DNA of 64,000 nt from Zygnema circumcarinatum SAG 698-1b (lineage: Eukaryota; Plantae; Zygnematophyceae), in NCBI GenBank assembly GCA_037447605.1, contig CM074806.1, forward strand, positions 2,914,001 to 2,978,000, given 5' to 3'. This document shows positions 46,186-61,616 of the stretch, piece by piece. The translations under genes were made by a program, and so were the position numbers. The notes beneath the pieces are model-generated. The model was not told the DNA's origin. It worked only from the letters and a program-made list of their open reading frames with translations, and did no database searches. Numbering within the stretch: the stretch's first letter is position 1; each line of letters starts with the position of its first letter.

Positions 46186-49100
46186 ATGGCTGATGGCGAT
46201 TCCTCCGCAAAAGCAACACCTTCGTCGGCTCAACTTTTTCGTGCTCCTTCCATAAAGCCAAGTTACAATGCAGATGACGACCCTTTGGCCATATCACACA
46301 TCACAGATTGGCTTGACATTAAGCCAATAGAATCTACCTACAAGACAAAGAGCGGGTGAGGGCCGACACACTCTATCGAGTCAGGCTCAGAAAGTTATTT
46401 GGCTATTGATGTTGTCAGGTCTTAGTGTTGATAGGAAGGTCTATCAAGTATATGCAGATCATGCGCTCAGAGTAAATATACACGTCACAATTATTAAGGT
46501 AACAGCAGGCTTTCAGATGTCAGAACTTACTCACCCCCTTAAGCTCAATGTTCATCATACAACCTTGCTTATACTGCAACAGCAAGTCACATTGTCATGG
46601 ATCCACACTCCTTATCATTGAGGATGGTTTTCTGGACTTTCAGCTAATTGTGTTAACGACATACGTGGGATTGTGTTCGTTCAGAGCGCCGCTTCCAGAA
46701 GGTGTGAGACTCAAAGGTAGAGGGAAGGATGGACAAGACATGCAAAGGCTATTTGTTCATGATGCGGATCGCTTGCTAATTAAAGTGACATATTATGGAC
46801 ATCCAACCTCCGTTGGTGTTGAATATGATGAGAATGGAGAGTGGCAGTTCCATCCACTTTGGTAAGATACAAAGGCCGTAGCCAGTCTTTGAAAAACTTA
46901 CTAATTTTCTCAGCGCGCGTTGGAATTACAACGACACAATGCTAGATTCATTAGTGTAGACTTATTGCAGATTTTGTACAGAAAGAGTAGTCACTTTATC
47001 TTCCCGTCCTTGCGGCGCATTTTTCCATGGCATGCATTCTCCACCTTCTGATTGTGAATGGAAGCATTAATGGATTTGAAGAGGAAAAAGCATTATCATG
47101 CATCCTTATCATATGACCTGCACATAGCCTATCACTCTTGGAAGGTAATCTCCACCGCTCATAATCAAATGGCCATCGTCTTCTTTACAACTTGCTGCTA
47201 TATAATATGTACATGCAGAATCATCCTGTTTGCTTGATATACAATGAAAGCCCTTGCTCGACCTCGACCTCTGCATTAACAAAGCAGGAAAGCTTGCACT
47301 TGAGTTTGGCTTGCATCAAGCAGAAGTGGCAGCAGATTTTTCTGATTATGTGGGAAGCGTGTGCTATCATTTTGCTTGTCTTGGTGGTCAATTCTCACAA
47401 GCGAATGTCAATGTCGTCGCATGAATTCGGTGGACTCTGTGTTTCCTTTCTAGTAGAAGCACCGAACAATGGTCGGACTGTAGATGCCGGACAACGGTGA
47501 GGGCTCGTCAGGTTCAACTACCGTGACCTAGTGGAGGGGTCGTTTTCCCTTCAATTATTGTTCTTGCAGGGCGAGAAGGGCTGGGCCTCGAGGATGGATT
47601 TACTTCAACCCTCCGGAGGTGGGTTGCCAGAGCGGTTGGATTGACTATGACTCTTGGTTCTAAAGATTATGTAACAGCATTGAGACTGGTTGAATGATAG
47701 CTCATGCAAACGTAGAAACGTTGTCTCTTAAATACAAGTAGTCGCCTCATGCTTCAAGCAAAGCATGTTGTTCATAAAGGTGGCGCGAGGCTGCGGATAA
47801 TATCCTGCATCGTACGCTACGCAGCTCCAGGTAACCTCATAACTCGTGGCATGACTGTGAGAAATGGTTTAACAGACATTGTGGTCGTGTTGAATCTGAC
47901 ATCATAAAGCATGTTCACTCTCTTTGCAGGTGAAGGCGGCCATTGTGACGTGCGGTGGACTTTGCCCCGGCTTGAACGACGTCATCCGTCAAGTTGTGTA
48001 CACTTTGGAGACCTATGGAGTAAAGGACATCCTTGGAATACAGTATGGCTTCAAAGGTTTTGTTGACCCATGCATTCCGCCAATCGAGGTACGTCTTTCG
48101 TCTATCAATATGAACTGGCGTATGAGTGTTGTCAAAGGACCTACGATTGGCAATCAGCTTTATTTCAGATTTCATTAGTGTGCGCTTGGACATGCACGGA
48201 GACACTGAACATCTCGTTAAACACAGAGCTGTGAAGACACACTAGCTGAAAACCAGAACAAAAGGAAAAAAGCCGGAAATTTGAAAAGTTCTCTGACAAG
48301 TCACTGCTGAGAAGAAGAAAAGAAATGAAGTAGGGGGCCTGGAGTGGGGGAAATGAGAAATGTGAAACGCGTGGAAGAATCAGGAGGGCATGAGCTGCGG
48401 GATTAAGGGCTGGCAGGAGATGCTGAAAGGAAAGTTGGGGGGGTAGGTGAGGGGAGGGATGATGAGAGACACGGGCATGAAGGGTGTGGATTTGTACCAG
48501 TCACATACTTCAGAACCACCGCGCATGGTATAAAAGTGGACGACTCTACCTTCCGTTTTTGATACATTGTAAAATTTTGGAATTGGACGTAACAGCTTAG
48601 CCGGAAAGTGGTACATGATATCAACACTCAAGGTGGAAGCTTCCTTGGCGTTTCACGTGGTCATCCGAGAAACACTGAAATTGCGGATAAGCTTCAGGTA
48701 TAGTAGTAAAAGTGAGAGGCCAAGAAATGAAAAGAAGTGCTTCGTAAAAAAAATGGCATTGGCAAAACCGAGTTACGGATGAAATTCCAAACGTTACGAG
48801 CGGCTTGAAGCAAGGAGCAATAAGCTAAGCACTCGCATTTTTTTTGCACTTGGGATATCGTTCGGGGCCAGGAATGGGGCGTACACATGCTTTTTGTCAT
48901 TGGCGGGAATGGATCTCATGCTGGTGCGAACGCCATAAATGAAATTGTAAGATCAGTCCTCTAACTAAATCTTTGAAGTCTGATGAACTTCGTTAAAAAT
49001 GTATTGGAGATAGCAACTGGCTCGTTTCGTTTAGATGTAGATTTGGTAGACTATTGCCCAGTGGATGGGTACCTGAGTGCAGTAAATGGATGCTTTCTCT

Positions 49101-52096
49101 CTCTTACCTAGATCTTCGGCAGCGTGAAGTAGGGAAGAAATAGTCAGTAATAAGTGTTTCTCGGGAATGAAACGTCTATTTGCTTGAGTGCGCGAAAGGT
49201 TGGAGTCTGCCACGCTAGGCCTCCACGCTATATTCAAACACGTGGTATGGGCACACGGTTGAGAAAATGTGTGATGAGAAGATTATTGTATGGTTGAATT
49301 TGGAACATCTCAAGCCGTACAAGTAACGCAACGTCATGGCCGTTGTCTGTTTGCTTGAATTTGGACTCACCTTTTTTCCTGGTGCAGTAAATACCCATGA
49401 AAAATCATCCGCCACGAGTTAGAACCAGTCCTTACATTTTCTTTCATTGTCGGAGTTCTTACTTTCTTTTTTGTTTCGATTACCTTGCCTTTCTTGAAGT
49501 TAAGAACCTTCTTTGACTGAAAAGGGGTGGTACTTTGAATATTGTGCATGGTTTTTCTGAAGCATTGTCGACCCATGTGCTGGTTTTGAGAGTGTTAGGG
49601 CTTGTGAATGTGCACAGTGCCGAGAACGTAAAATGAACCTCGTAATTGTTGGAGTTCCAAAGACAATAGACAACGACATCTTGCTTGTAGATAAGACGTT
49701 CGGTTTTGACACCGCAGTCGAGGAAGCTCAACGAGCAATCAATGCCGCCTATGTAGAGGTGAGATCTAAACTGACCAATTTCGTCATTCCTACTCGTGTG
49801 CGAAGTTTGCTAACTAAACGAAAGGTCCTCCTATGAGAATTATGAGAAATACAAAAAGCTTTGCTTTCTCTCCATGTATCTGTTGCAGAGAGCTTTCCCC
49901 GCTTCCGCTTCGCTTCTTTGAGGTCAGGCAGTCAAATAAGGACGGCAACGTTAACGGCATGTGACTTTGCGATTGCGTTTTTAAGTTGTTGCTGGCAGGC
50001 GTCGAGCGCATACAATGGCATCGGCGTTGTAAAGCTTATGGGGAGACAGAGCGGGTACATTGCAATGCATGCTACGATTGCCAATGGACAGGTGGACGTA
50101 GTACTCATTCCAGAGGTGGGCCTCGCCTACTTATGTCCTGCCCCTTGAAAAAAAATTCTCTTCCCCTTGCTGCTACACTTCTCACCGCATTGTCTTAATC
50201 AATCTAGGGGATGCATGTTCAGATAGTTATCATTTCACAGATCACGTTTCTAAGTCACCATGTAGATCAAACATTTCTCTCAGTAAAACTGAAACATCCG
50301 ATTTAAGTACAGCATAGTCTGAATCTGACTATGACTTTAAATGAATTTGTATTTGCACTTTGTATGAATCTAACTCTGACATTTATATGGAACTTACATC
50401 CTTAACGCTTGTTTGCATATCTTATCATCTGTCACAGTTTCTCTTTCCTTAATGGAAATGGAGTTATCATTTCAAATTTGGAGAGAGAACCTCATTGGGC
50501 AGGATCGGTTTTGTTTCCACTTTTGATGCTCCCTTATATGTCTTTTCTACAGGTGCCATTCGTAATGGAAGGGAAGCATGGTGTCCTCCAATTCATGCGA
50601 ACGCGGCTAGAAAGCAATGGGAACTGTGTTATTGTCATTGCGGAGGGGGCTGGCCAGGTACGCCTTCCCTCTGTGTGGCTTATGGATCTCGTCCATCCAG
50701 ACAACGAACTGAGGGTGACCTTCTCTCGGCAATCGCTGCTTGATGCAGCAGCGTCTGCTGCTGCTGAATTGCTGCATTTTTATATTAATTCAGAGAGCAG
50801 GTGGCCTATATTCGCATCAGTCGTGAAGCAAGGAGTTTGACTGAGGCAGAAGTTAGCCACTAAATGAGCGCCTTCTCACTGGAGAGTGGATGCTCAACTT
50901 GGTCTTTGTGGCCACCTTGTCACAGGATTTGCTTGAAGGGACAGGGGGCTACGATGCTTCAGGAAATCCAATTCTGGGTGATATTGGCAAGTGGTTCTGC
51001 CAAAAGGTTTGGACTCATCACTTTTCCTGGCTTGCAAGAACGTCGCCTCTCAAGCTCACACTCGGCTGCTCTCAAAAGATAAGATTTTTTGTTTTTGTGC
51101 ACGCCTTCACACATCTACATCGGCCGAAAATGTCTTCTCTATACCAAGCTTCTTTATTCCTGCAAAGTTGCCTCACCAATTCGTTCATTCTCATTATCCA
51201 CCTGGATGCTGTTTGCAGGTGAAGACCCATTTCAAGGACATCGGTGTTTCAGTGGATTTGAAGTATATCGACCCCACATACATGATACGAGCAAGGGCAC
51301 CGAATTCTGCAGACCACATCTTGTGCAGTGTTTTAGGGCAAAACGCAGTAAGTTGATGACCATGCTAATAAAACTAATTGGTGTCTGTGACTATCCTTTC
51401 TTTTTCAGTCTTCGCTGTTGGAGGTTAAAAAGAGCCACATGTGCTTCTCGTACCATCTGCGTCACACATTACCTGGCCTTCTCGTCTGTACAAATTAAAC
51501 CGTGAAGCGTTTCAAACTGCGTTCTGTTTTTTGCTTTCCTTGCCTCTCCTCGTTCTCGATCCATTTGCCTTGTCGTATCTCTTCAGTATATCTTCTATTT
51601 CCCTCCCGCCACAGCCCCTTCTCCTTCTTTTCCTCATCTATCACTCGAACCATTTTCGCCCACGTGGCTTCATCTCGCATCTCTCTTCGTGTTCATTTCG
51701 CAATTTCATGAAACTTGCTCCACTTTCATCCTTCATCCATGCAACCAAGTAGACGTAACGAATATCCCGAGTTGGCACAATGCTTTTATCCCGTTATTAT
51801 TGTCTGGTATGGAACTCTGATTGGTTGTGTTGCACTTTCAGGTTCACGGAGCCTTTGCTGGCTACACAAACATCACCATTGGAATGGTCAACACGCACTT
51901 CGCACTCCTTCCTATTCCTGCTGTGATTAAGTGCCCGCGGACTGTAGATCCCAATAGCAACATGTGGCACAGGTGCGTTACTTCTACGGGGCAGCCGGAT
52001 TTTACATATTTCAATGGCACAGACTCTGATACCCTAGAAACAGAGAAGGAGAAGGACATCTTCACTAGTTCTGGAAAAAAAGAACTGCAGTATTGA
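46186..52096 (+). CDS. PFK5: ATP-dependent 6-phosphofructokinase, plant PFK5-like (group B)
   Basis: Exons 46186..46355, 46685..46861, 47570..47618, 47930..48088, 48596..48697, 48872..48946, 49618..49758, 49999..50115, 50553..50657, 50926..51006, 51219..51347, 51842..52096. Motifs [70 protein letters not shown]. The start codon is uncertain. Confidence 0.93.
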
Positions 52097-53782
52097 TTTG
52101 CCATGCTTGCGTCGGATGTGAAAGAGGCATTTCACATTGTTGAGCACTCAAATTTTGCACTGCTAGTTATGTTCATTTTTTTTTTTAAGTTGTAAACTTT
52201 GCTTTTGACAAAAACCACTTGGTAAAGGATGGTGCCGAGTAATCTCCTTTGTTTAGTGAAAACTTCTACTAAACTCTGTCTAGTCTTTATCGGAGAGAAG
52301 ATGCACCTGTATATTCAGTTAATTCAGTTAATGCATTTTCGACTTCGCTAGCACAGCCATGCTGAAACTTTGAAGAGATCATACTGGTGGACGTGTAGCC
52401 TTCAAAGACATAAAATGCCGGAGTAAGCTGGATAGTCTTGACGTTTCCTTAAGCCCAGCGACTTGTTCAAATAACGTGTAAATGAGAAGGACATAGATCA
52501 TTGCTGTCCTTCCTATTGACAGTTGAAAAACAGAGTTCGATTGGTCCACTGTTGATGTTTTGCGAACGTATCTGGTGAGGCAGAACGTTGAGGATGTCTT
52601 ACCGCCCCATGATGTCAATTGCAATGCCGCCTTGATGAGCGGTAATGATTCCTAGACAAGGGTTTCTTGCCAGAATTTTGTTGGAGCTTTTAGGATTACA
52701 ATACAAACATGGAATCGAGATAATTAAACATACAAAAAAAAGTCAAAGTTATAATTCATTTTAACTGACTCCAACATAATGAAGTGCATCACTTTGCGAT
52801 CAATAAAAAAACATATTGTCAAATGTACTTCACGAGTTTTCAAACAAATGTCAATAAAAAAATAAAATTTTCCAATATTACCATACGCCTTTTTTGTTGT
52901 TGTCGTTGTCTAAGATTAGAGCGGTAGAAATTTGTTATCTCTCTCTTTCTCTCTCTCACTCAAAATGGTACGCCTGCAAGCATAAGCCCACCTCAAATTC
53001 TTGGACATCATCACAATGACGTGAGCTCATAGACGAAAGCTTTCCACGCCAGGTATCTCTCGCTCGTTCTCTTCTCAAGACCTTCAGCAAGTTCAACATC
53101 TCGGTCACATTTGAGTCAAGCGAAAAAGTTGACCTTCGGCTTTTTCTTTTCGTTCGTTGGTCCTTTGTGACTGTGTCCTTTGGCTCCCTATGTTGATTTT
53201 ATCCATGTACATTTTGATGGCTCGCCATCGTGAGACCAATGCAAGTTTTTCATTTCCGACTGCCGTCCGCGGACCACTTTTTTTCGCGTCGCGTTTCGTC
53301 ACGTCACGGTCCCAAACATACTTGTCACGTCATATGTTGCCGCGACCAATCATGTCGCTCCACGTGTTGCATACTTTGTAGACGCGCGCGCGCGCTTCGT
53401 ACTGTACATTCAAATCACCATCCGTACACCCGACGAAAAAAGGTTTGTATCTATTCCTCTGAAAAGAATAGAAACAGCATTTTTCGCTAAAAAATCCTTT
53501 GTAAAAGCTGTCCGGCGAAAAAGTGACTGTTTTCAGAAAAAGGACACTGTAAATAGAGCTTTTACAAAATAACAGGCTGCGGATCAAGATCCTCGTGCGT
53601 TGCCTTTTTATAGAAATGTCTTCGAACCTTAATTATGTGAAGTGAACTGAAACGGAAACTGATCGAACACATAAGCTGAATGGGTACGCGATATACCCCA
53701 TTTTCTGCGCATTCAATTCAATGAAACGTACAACCAATCAGGTCGCGCGACGATCAGGTTCCGACGTTGACGTTCGACGACC

Positions 53783-53881
53783 GACCTACAGATTGACTGC
53801 CGTACAGATTCTCTGTCCGTCAGGTCCCCTTCGCCATTTTCCGGCTGCTACATGAGTGGTCCACGTGGCGCCACTTGATTC
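53783..53881 (+). repeat. Diverged direct repeat shared with 63324-63463
   Basis: Three colinear blocks: GACCTAC.GATTG.C..CCG, TTCGCCATTTTCC, and CATGAGTGGTCCACRTGGCRCCACTTGATTC (29/31 identical). Confidence 0.85.
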
Positions 53882-54337
53882 GTAGCCGACATTCTGAAGC
53901 GACTCTGACGCTTCGTTCCGCCGCTTCGTGCACCACCGTTGATCTCCATCCGTCGCGCCACATGTCACGCGCTCCACGCTCCGCACTCGCGCCGCGACCA
54001 ATCAGCGCTCCGCTGGCCGAGGGAGGTTAGATTTGTACCGTGATGAAGTGACAGATATTCCACGTAGCTTGGCACAGCAGAAACCAACGACGTCCAAGCC
54101 GAACTGAACGCAAATGATCAACGAACAAAACTATTTGTTAAGTCACATCAAATAAGGCTGTCGTAACAATGGATTCGGCAACGAGCGAGCGAGCGCGGAG
54201 TTCGCCCTGATTTGGCTCTTATGGATGGTGCCCGGCGTATTTTTGGGGATATTGTGTTGGCCGATCCAACCCGTCGCGATTTATTGTCACGTGCAGCACA
54301 TCATGAAGGCGTGGCTGCTCGCGATGCGGCCCTTCGC

Positions 54338-54347
54338 NNNNNNNNNN
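54338..54347. other. Assembly gap (10 N)
   Basis: A run of ten N; contiguity across it is not guaranteed. Confidence 1.
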
Positions 54348-55190
54348 GCTTCGCTGCCTCTGCTGCCCTTTGCCATGAAGAATGCATCGCTCTCGTCTGT
54401 CTTGGTTTGCGAAAGGCGGGACATTCTCTTGTTTGAGCCAATTTTAGAGCAGTTAATTACTCACCGTCACATTGTGTCCTGACTATTGCTCCAGATGAGG
54501 AGATGCCACCTCACCTCACCTCTGCAGCAACCTGTTGTACCTCATGCCATTGCTTTTCCGACAACTGTTTTCACATCTGGAGTTCATACACATGAACTCC
54601 AGATGTTAGAGAAAGAAAACGTGGACCCATCGACGTTGCTTGCTTTCACGCAAGCCACAACAAAAATTGTCCCCATTCAAAATGAGGTAACACTTTTCTC
54701 CCTCTTCTCTCTTTCTGTCTTTCCCTCCCGGAGTTCTCTCCTGCAATATCCACTCTCTAACTTCTTCACCACTCTACCTCTCTCCTTTCTTTCCCTCTCC
54801 CTCTCCCTCTCCCTCTCCCTCTCCCTCTCCCTCTCCCTCTCCCTCTCCCTCTCCCTTGTGACAGAAGAGAACACATTCAAGCTTGACATACAAAACACAT
54901 GTTCTCACAAGATCAACACACAACTCATAAACACTTCTTTATTTCATATGAGGCCTCATTCTGAGGATCACTTCATCCTCTCTTCTCTATTCCTGTTTCT
55001 CTTCCTTTGTGTTCTACATCTGTGTGGCCCTTCTTTTCTACCAATATGCAAGCTTCGAATTCTCCTTTGAATCCTCCTTCTTGAGCACCATACATTTGCG
55101 ACGCTTCGCCAGACGCTTCTCCTCCGCCTGACACTTCTCTTCCTGCACAGACCTTCCTGAACTCTCTCACACGCGCAGTCTCTCTTTCGC

Positions 55191-55266
55191 CCGTACATAT
55201 TCCGTACAGTATCCGTACACCTGTCCGTACATATATCCGTACAGCTTCCGTACAACAGTCCGTACA
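55191..55266 (+). repeat. Array of seven CCGTACA heptamers with 11-12 bp period
   Basis: Starts at 55191, 55202, 55213, 55225, 55237, 55248 and 55260, with different 4-5 nt spacers. Confidence 0.95.
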
Positions 55267-55289
55267 ATCCGTAGCATCATCATCATCAC

Positions 55290-56160
55290 ATCCCTCTCCC
55301 TCTCCCTCTCCCTCTCCCTCTCCCTCTCCCTCTCCCTCTCCCTCTCCCTCCCTCTCCCTCCCCCTCTGCCACTCCATCTCCATCTCCCCCTTTGTCTCCC
55401 ACTACCAATGCCTCTCCCTCTCCATTTCCCACTGCCTCACCCTCTCCCTATCCCTCTCTTCTTCCCTCTACCTCTTCCTCTCCATTTCCCACTGCCTCTC
55501 CCTCTCCCTATCCCACTCCCTCTCCCTCCCTCTCCCTCCCCCTCTGCCACTCCATCTCCATCTCCCCCTTTGTCGCCCACTACCAATGCCTCTCCCTCTC
55601 CATTTCCCACTGCCTCACCCTCTCCCTATCCCTCTCTTCTTCCCACTACCTCTTCCTCTCCATTTCCCACTGCCTCACCCTCTCCTTATCCCTCTCTTCT
55701 TCCCTCTACCTCTTCCTCTCCATTTCCCACTGCCTCTCCCTCTCCCACCCCATCCCACTCCCTCTCCCGGCTTGCCTCTCTCTCCATCTCCATTTGCCTC
55801 TCCCTCTCCCTCTCCAGTCTCCCAGCACCCGATTGCCCCTGCTCCCTCTCCATCTCCCGAACGCCTAGCCACTTTCTCACATCCTCTCTGCTTCCCTTTG
55901 CACTCTTCCACTCTCCGTCTCTGGCTGCCTCACGCTTCTCCCCATCCACTCTCTTCTTCCCTCTACCTCGCTTTCTCTTCGTTTCCATTGCCTCCTCCCT
56001 CTCCGTCTCCCACTACCTCTCCCCTCTCTTTATCCCTCTCCCTCTCCCACTGTCGCTTCTCTTTATCCACTACTCCTTATACTCCTTGCCTCTCTCCTTT
56101 TCGGTTACTGTCTTACTTTTATACTGCTCTCCACTTTCTCCTTTCTCTCCCGTATTTTTA
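55290..56160 (+). repeat. Pyrimidine-rich hierarchical minisatellite (CCCTCT base, 60-nt subunit, ~178-nt higher-order duplicate)
   Basis: CCCCTCTGCCACTCCATCTCCATCTCC recurs at 55361 and 55539. The subunit TCTCCATTTCCCACTGCCTC recurs five times. Confidence 0.9.
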
Positions 56161-56238
56161 CCTACCTGAGGGAAATGTAGAGGTCAATGATAGGTTGAAA
56201 AATGCAAGCGTCTTTTACTTGTAATATTATTTGTCATT

Positions 56239-59244
<3,006 letters not shown>

Positions 59245-59864
59245 ATGTCTTCTGAGTTCATCTCTAGTGACCATTTTGAGTCCCTTTTTCTTAAAAGCCA
59301 AAAAAAAAGGCTGCTTGTAGTGTGTTGTTTGTCATTAGTGAATTTGAGTAGACCTTCCAAGTTTTGTACTGCTTTGTATAGCGTGTAAGATGCACATCAA
59401 AGTAATGGATTGTGTATACATTATGAATGTTATTATAGGTGGCATTGTGGATGGAGTATGGTGTTAAGATGCTTTGTTCTCAAGGTAGCTTCAAGCCTTA
59501 AAAACTCGTGGTTGCTGTAACGCCTATTGAGAACAAGAAGAGCATAAAAGACGACCGAGTGAGAAGGAGGGCGACGGAGGGACAGGAATACTAAAAACCC
59601 TAAAAACAAAAAGAGGATGACCATGTTCCTCAAGTAAACGCGTTTGTTCACAAAGTAAGTCTTAACAGTTCCTAATGAATGAATAATCTGAATAACTTCT
59701 TCCTCTTTCGCCCTTGTTCCTCTCCACGTCTCTTTTTTCCATACTCCTTTTTCTTGCCACCCCCATTTTATCCTCGTCTCCCTCCTCTCCTTCCTAATTT
59801 CCCTATTCCACCTATGCATGCATTATGAATACTCGAACATCGCGTTTCTTTCATCAACGTAGTA

Positions 59865-60270
59865 ATGGGAGATGGAGAGGGAAAGGCAGTGGGAGATGGA
59901 GAGGGATAAAGAGAGGGAGATGCAGTGGGAGATGGAGAGGGAAAGGGAGAAGCAATGGGAGATGGAGAGGGAAAGGCAGTGGGAGATGATGGAGATGGAT
60001 AAAGAGAGGGAGATGCAATGGGAGATGGAGAGGAAAGGGAGAAGCAATGGGAGATGGAGAAGGAAAGGGAAAGGCAGTGGGAGTGGGAGAGGGAGAGGCA
60101 GTGGGAGAGGGAGAGGGAAAGATAGTGGGAGGAGAGGATAAGAAGAGGAGAAGCCGATTGATTGGGGCTGGTGAGGGGAGAGGCGGAGTGGGAAGTGGGA
60201 GAGGGAGAGAGAAACTGATAGGAAGAGGGAGGGAAAAGGTAAGGAAGCGGTAGTGGAAGCCTTGAGTGAG
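59865..60270 (-). repeat. Purine-rich minisatellite, inverted relative of the 55.3-56.1 kb array
   Basis: GGCAGTGGGAGATGGAGAGGG units are the reverse complement of the CCCTCTCCAT(C/T)TCCCACTGCC units at 55.4-55.7 kb. Confidence 0.85.
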
Positions 60271-60499
60271 AGTCAGGAGAAAGAGAGGAGAAAAACTCCA
60301 AGAGAGAGAAAGCAAGGAATAGAGAAGCTAGGAGGGAAAAATAGAAAACTCACCCGAGCAAGCGAGGAATGGCTATCCATCGATTGATAGGAAGCCGACC
60401 GTTGTTGATACATGGATTTCGAGCATACTCTCTTGATCTTTCCTTTGCGAGGAATTGTTGTGCCCGGAGCCACTGCTACGCTGACTCTTTATGCAGCTG

Positions 60500-61616
60500 A
60501 TGTAAGCGTGTTCGCGTACTTACGTCATCTTACTCCTATTTCCATTAGGTCTCTCGAATCGGCAAGCATGTTGTGTAAGATAACCACGTCTTCTTTCTCC
60601 TCACTCGGTAGTAATTAACTTTTCTTTTCGAGCTTTTATTTGTGGTAGCAATTTTAAAGATCAGATATAGCAAATAATCCTATTGTAGGCTCATTTGGCA
60701 CCCCTAACTTTTGCAATCTGATAGTTAAGTGCGTATTTTACCAGAAGGTAGATGTGTGGGGATGCTTATATGGAGCTAGCATCCCTTTGTAGTTAGCTTG
60801 CTTAGCTGCGTCCTATAAGATCTTGTATCTCTTGAGAAGGAAGCTTTTATTTGTTGAGCATAGCCGTAGATGCTTAAAGGCGGCTAAGAATCTGCGCATG
60901 AACCGGTAACTGACTGAAACCATGATGCGACATCATGTCGCCTTAAATAAGCTTTGCGTGTTAAGAGTGAGTATCGGCGTTTTACGTAGGAAATAAACTC
61001 CCCATCTTCACGGCGTTGTGATAAAGGTAAACCGTCCACGTCCTATAAACCCAACACGGCACAAATCGCTGCCTTTTTAAAAGTCTTTATTATTTATGTA
61101 CCACTTGAGCATTTGGCATACTTGACCCGTTCTTTGAAGAGATCTAATTGCGCTTCTGGCTAAGCACGAACAAAAATGTAGTGAAATGGATTAAGGTGGG
61201 ACGTGTAGGGTGGAGCTCCCCATTCCGTTATGTCTGAATACATATAATCGCACATAGGCTAACTGATAGTAGCAGTTTGAGGACACTATTTACCCATTTT
61301 TAAAAACTTTATCTTTTCAATGGTATTTTACAAGTTGGCTGAAATCACGATTCCATCTTGTCTGAAAGGTTGCAGCTACTTCGTCCGTATATAAACTATG
61401 GTAAAGTAAGTACTGAGAACTCTTCTTCAAGTTTAGACGGTCATGAAGATACCGTGTACCTTCAATATTCTTGTACAATCCAAACAAAAATTGTATCTCT
61501 GCTACTTTTCCCTTTTGAAATTTTGCGTGTTGATTTCACGCAATGCTTTTCGCAAAGCGTAGACTATCTCCGAGCCCGTGATGATACGTGTGGTCTTTAT
61601 GTGGCGGTGGAGGCAT
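60500..61616 (-). pseudogene. PIF/Harbinger DDE transposase pseudogene
   Basis: Motifs in the correct order across several frameshifts and stops: IEGTRYL (~61450), YQLA...HNGMGSS, CVGFI[D]..LPLSQR..DGEVYFLRK..YSLNTQ (~61058-60960), GSCADS (~60904-60887), DAA, MLAPYKHP (~60780-60759), VPNEPTIG (~60701-60678), VVILHNMLAD (~60588-60559). ATG in a GCCCACCATG context at 61616; span about 370 codons. Confidence 0.75.

Noticed and set aside
54212-54482. Short ORFs spanning the N run
   Set aside because: They cross an assembly gap, so the frame is not meaningful, and they contain no motifs.
55392-56224. Ser/Pro-rich extensin-like ORFs (also 59768-60315)
   Set aside because: Unit lengths are multiples of 6 because of a CCCTCT hexamer base. 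The ~178-nt higher-order repeat shifts frame, and there is no signal peptide.
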